Shown: in pieces, positions 24,917-27,808 of the stretch
Numbering within the stretch: the stretch's first letter is position 1
Layout: every line of letters starts with the position of its first letter
Source of the DNA: Clostridia bacterium
Lineage (GTDB): Bacteria > Bacillota > Clostridia > CAKSNL01 > HGM11501
Direction: 5' to 3'
Assembly (NCBI GenBank): GCA_045545475.1
Contig: JAZQAZ010000033.1
Span: forward strand, 1-27,808
Length of the DNA: 27,808 nt
Notes under the pieces: generated by a model
What the model saw: only the letters and a program-made list of their open reading frames with translations
What the model was told of the DNA's origin: nothing
Databases searched by the model: none
Translations under genes and position numbers: made by a program

Positions 24917-25409
24917 AAAACTGTATTTTCTTTGCAACTGCTCTTGCGATTAAAGCTCCAATGGGCATTACAAACATCATTATACCAAGGGGTGTTATGA
25001 TTGAATCAATACTGCTTTCGGTTATGATTACGGGGAAGAAGGGATACCCCCAGATAAGGGGCATAAGCATCATGATGCCCAGTTTCATTCCCTTTTGAAG
25101 GAAGAAGTAGCCGAAAAGACCGATAAAAGGAAGGCTTGAATAAATCATCATGCCGCGGAAAATATTTTTCCATTCGTTTTTGCCTGAAAAGAAAGCGATG
25201 ACGAACCAGCCGATGATAAAAATTATGCTTACTATCTGGTCAAAGGTGCCGATATTCATGGCAAAGTCTGGGGAAAGGTGCCTTGTTGTTCCCTCCAAAA
25301 AGCAGGAAAGGGTAATCTGATAGCCTTTCTGCGAGGCGTTAAGTCCGAAACAGAGTGCTATGAATATAAGGAGCAAAACTACTCCGATAATTTTTAATGC
25401 ATTTTTCAT
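24915..25409 (-). CDS. Hypothetical multi-pass membrane protein
   Basis: Four to five hydrophobic segments; SD AAGGAG; 11 nt downstream of the topB stop. Confidence 0.75.
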   Translation of the reverse strand: MKNALKIIGVVLLLIFIALCFGLNASQKGYQITLSCFLEGTTRHLSPDFAMNIGTFDQIVSIIFIIGWFVIAFFSGKNEWKNIFRGMMIYSSLPFIGLFGYFFLQKGMKLGIMMLMPLIWGYPFFPVIITESSIDSIITPLGIMMFVMPIGALIARAVAKKIQF

Positions 25410-25420
25410 TGTTATTCTCC

Positions 25421-27589
25421 TTAGTCAAGCTTTATGCCCTTTAAGGCATCAGCGAGTGTATTTGAAGCAAAGTTTTCCGACTTCTGTTTTTGCATAAAGC
25501 GGGCAACTTCTCTTTTATTCATTGAATTTCGGGCGTCCGACAGCTTCTGATTGAAGGATGCAAACTTTTCCTTAAAGCCGCAGGAGCAAACGTAAATTTT
25601 CTTTTCGCCTTCGCCGAAGGTTGAAAGCTTTTTATGGCATTCGGGGCATCTTGCGTTGGTAACTCTTGTCAGGCTTTCACGATAGCCGCACTCTCTGTCA
25701 CGGCAAACCAGGCTCTTTCCGTGCTTGCCCGAAACCTCAAGTAAGGGCTCACCGCAGGAAGGACATCGCTTATTCGTCTGATTTTCATGGCGATAGGTTT
25801 CGTCTGATGCGATAACGCCGGAAACTAAAGCGGTGGCATACTGCCGCATTTCTTCCATATATTTTTTGTCCTTCAAAGTGCCCTTTGAAATATCACCTAA
25901 GCTGCTTTCCCATTTTGCCGTAAGCTCGGGGGATTTCAAATCACCGGGAACAATTTTAATAAGCTGAATACCCTTGGCTGTGGGGAAGATGGACTGCCCC
26001 TGCTTTTCAACATAGCCTGTGTTGAATATCTTTTCAATTATATCCGCTCTTGTTGCGGGAGTGCCGAGACCTCCCGATGATTCCACAATTTTGGAAAGCT
26101 CTTTATCCGACAGCATACTTCCGGGATGCTCCATGGCATGAAGGAGTGTTGCCTCCGTATAGCGGGCGGGAGCCTTGGTTTTCCCCGAAACTAAGCTTAC
26201 CTTTTTTACATCAAAGGAGTCGCCGGCCTTTAATGAGGGAAGGCGCTGTTCTGCTTCTTCATCATCGTCGTCCTCATCGGTTGCAGTATAAATCGCCTTA
26301 AAACCGGGTTCTACCAAAGCGGAGCCCTTGGCAACAAATTTTTCGCCGCCGATTTCGGCTTCGATATTCATTGCGGCAGATACCGCATCGGGCATTAATG
26401 CTGCTAAAAATCGTGTTACAACAAGGGTGTAGATGTGAAGCTCGTCGCTCTCAAGTGCCGTTAAATCCACAAACTGTTCTGTGGGGATGATTGCGTGGTG
26501 GTCGGACACCTTGGAATCATCCACAAAGCGCTTGGTGGGATGGATTCCGTTTTTAATTACAAGCTTACCCATATCGCGGAAGCGGTCAACGGAAACGGAC
26601 TTTACTCTGTCCATAAGTGAGGGCACAATGTCCGCGCTCAAGTGCTTGGAGTCTGTTCTGGGGTAAGTTAAGAGCTTATGAACCTCGTATAATCTCTGCA
26701 TAAGGTTAAGGGTTTTCTTTGCACTGTAGCCGTACTTTTTATTGGCATCAACCTGAAGGGAGGTAAGGTCATATAAAAGGGGAGGCTGTTCCTTCTTTTC
26801 CTTTTTGTCAACCTTGGTAATTGTTGCCTTGTGGCCTTCCGTTTTCTTAACGATGCTTTCTGCAAATTCCTTATCAAAGGTTCTTGCCAGATTATCCTTG
26901 TTTCTCCAGTGGAGATTGAAAACGTTAAGTGATGCCGTTACGGAAAAGTATTCCTTCGGAACGAACTTTCGTATTTCCTCCTCACGGTTTACAATCATCG
27001 CAAGGGTGGGAGTCTGCACTCTGCCTGCGGAAAGCTGGGCGTTGTGCTTGCAGGTTAAGGCACGTGTCACATTAAGTCCCACAATCCAGTCGGCTTCGGC
27101 GCGGGAAACGGCACTTTTGAAGAGGTTGTCATACTCCGATGCATCCTTTAAATTTGCAAAGCCGTCCTTTATTGCCTTATCCGTCTGGGATGAAATCCAA
27201 AGACGCTTACAGGGCTTTTTGCATCCTGCCTTAAGGATTATCCAGCGGGCAACAAGCTCACCTTCACGCCCTGCGTCGGTGGCGATAACGATGTCGGATA
27301 CCGCATCGCTCTTAAGTAAGCCCGACACCACCTTGTACTGCTTGCTTGTTTCCTTTATAACCTCAAGCTTCATCTTATCGGGAAGGATGGGCAGGGTTTC
27401 AAGTGACCATTTTTTATATTCGTCTCCGTATTTTTCGGGATCAGCAAGGGTGACTAAGTGACCCAGCGCCCAGGTTACGATATATTTTGCACCTTCGATG
27501 CATCCGTCTTTTTTTATTTTACAGTCAAGCACTCTTGCAAGCTCACGCCCTACAGAGGGCTTTTCGGCAAGAACCAATGTTTTTCCCAT
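25421..27589 (-). CDS. topB: DNA topoisomerase III
   Basis: LAEKPSV, ATDAGREGE, SAGRVQTPTL, LTYPRTDS (catalytic Tyr), DHHAIIPT, GLGTPATRA, C-terminal zinc ribbons. Confidence 0.95.
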   Translation of the reverse strand: MGKTLVLAEKPSVGRELARVLDCKIKKDGCIEGAKYIVTWALGHLVTLADPEKYGDEYKKWSLETLPILPDKMKLEVIKETSKQYKVVSGLLKSDAVSDIVIATDAGREGELVARWIILKAGCKKPCKRLWISSQTDKAIKDGFANLKDASEYDNLFKSAVSRAEADWIVGLNVTRALTCKHNAQLSAGRVQTPTLAMIVNREEEIRKFVPKEYFSVTASLNVFNLHWRNKDNLARTFDKEFAESIVKKTEGHKATITKVDKKEKKEQPPLLYDLTSLQVDANKKYGYSAKKTLNLMQRLYEVHKLLTYPRTDSKHLSADIVPSLMDRVKSVSVDRFRDMGKLVIKNGIHPTKRFVDDSKVSDHHAIIPTEQFVDLTALESDELHIYTLVVTRFLAALMPDAVSAAMNIEAEIGGEKFVAKGSALVEPGFKAIYTATDEDDDDEEAEQRLPSLKAGDSFDVKKVSLVSGKTKAPARYTEATLLHAMEHPGSMLSDKELSKIVESSGGLGTPATRADIIEKIFNTGYVEKQGQSIFPTAKGIQLIKIVPGDLKSPELTAKWESSLGDISKGTLKDKKYMEEMRQYATALVSGVIASDETYRHENQTNKRCPSCGEPLLEVSGKHGKSLVCRDRECGYRESLTRVTNARCPECHKKLSTFGEGEKKIYVCSCGFKEKFASFNQKLSDARNSMNKREVARFMQKQKSENFASNTLADALKGIKLD

Positions 27590-27611
27590 GAAATCACTCC
27601 TTAATAGAAAG

Positions 27612-27640
27612 AGTATAACATAAAATTATACATATGTCAA
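27612..27640 (-). promoter_or_regulatory. Sigma-A promoter of topB
   Basis: Minus strand TTGACA(27640-27635)-17 bp-TATACT(27617-27612) with extended TG. Confidence 0.78.
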
Positions 27641-27685
27641 AGAAAAAGCACTTACAACGGCGGTACTTCTTAGGGATAAATCGCC

Positions 27686-27789
27686 CAAAATCCACGATTT
27701 TGGCACATTACTGTGTCAAAAAGCCTTGCAATCCGTCAAGGATTCCTTCGGCTTTTTTCCGTGTCCTGCACTCAAAATCGAGAATTTTG
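27686..27789. repeat. Long nested imperfect hairpin (possible intergenic repeat, MITE or structured RNA)
   Basis: Nested pairs CAAAAT/ATTTTG, CGATTTTG/CAAAATCG, AAAAAGCC/GGCTTTTT, AATCC/GGATT. Confidence 0.45.
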
Positions 27790-27808
27790 TGGTGCATGAG
27801 AAAAACAA

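Noticed and set aside
26805-27461. 218-aa antisense ORF within topB, and similar antisense ORFs in recG, fakA, uvrC and the glp genes
   Set aside because: In-register antisense shadows of conserved genes, Ser/Leu-rich, with no SD or recognisable domain.
1-27808. CRISPR array, rRNA or tRNA genes
   Set aside because: No regularly spaced direct repeats or RNA gene signatures seen; the window is almost entirely protein coding with short spacers.

Overview
A mostly core-genome window from a low-GC Firmicute, judged Clostridia-like from gene content and sigma-A promoter/Shine-Dalgarno style. From left to right it holds: the end of a sugar-isomerase-like gene, a DUF4867-type gene, a stand-alone DNA methyltransferase, an XRE-HTH/ImmA(IrrE) peptidase pair with no surrounding mobile element, yqeG-like phosphatase, ptsH, uvrC, an AraC regulator, rpsT, metK, sigH, a double zinc-ribbon protein, a D-2-hydroxyacid dehydrogenase, asp23-fakA(DAK2)-recG, a GlpP-attenuated glycerol-3-phosphate oxidoreductase operon, two exported proteins, a six-gene operon ending in a RAYT-like HUH/Y1 transposase, and topB. 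The most striking observation is that the transposase carries two near-identical 27-nt GTAG-tagged REP palindromes inside its own reading frame. They are inverted, translated, and bracket the HUH catalytic motif, and no REPs flank the gene. Other leads are candidate structured RNA leaders (rpsT and the zinc-ribbon gene), a consensus antisense promoter pointing into the XRE repressor gene, a TGTC-tagged palindromic repeat pair, and a long nested hairpin at the window end. I saw no rRNA, tRNA, CRISPR array or integrase. All calls come from reading the sequence by eye; no database search or folding program was run.
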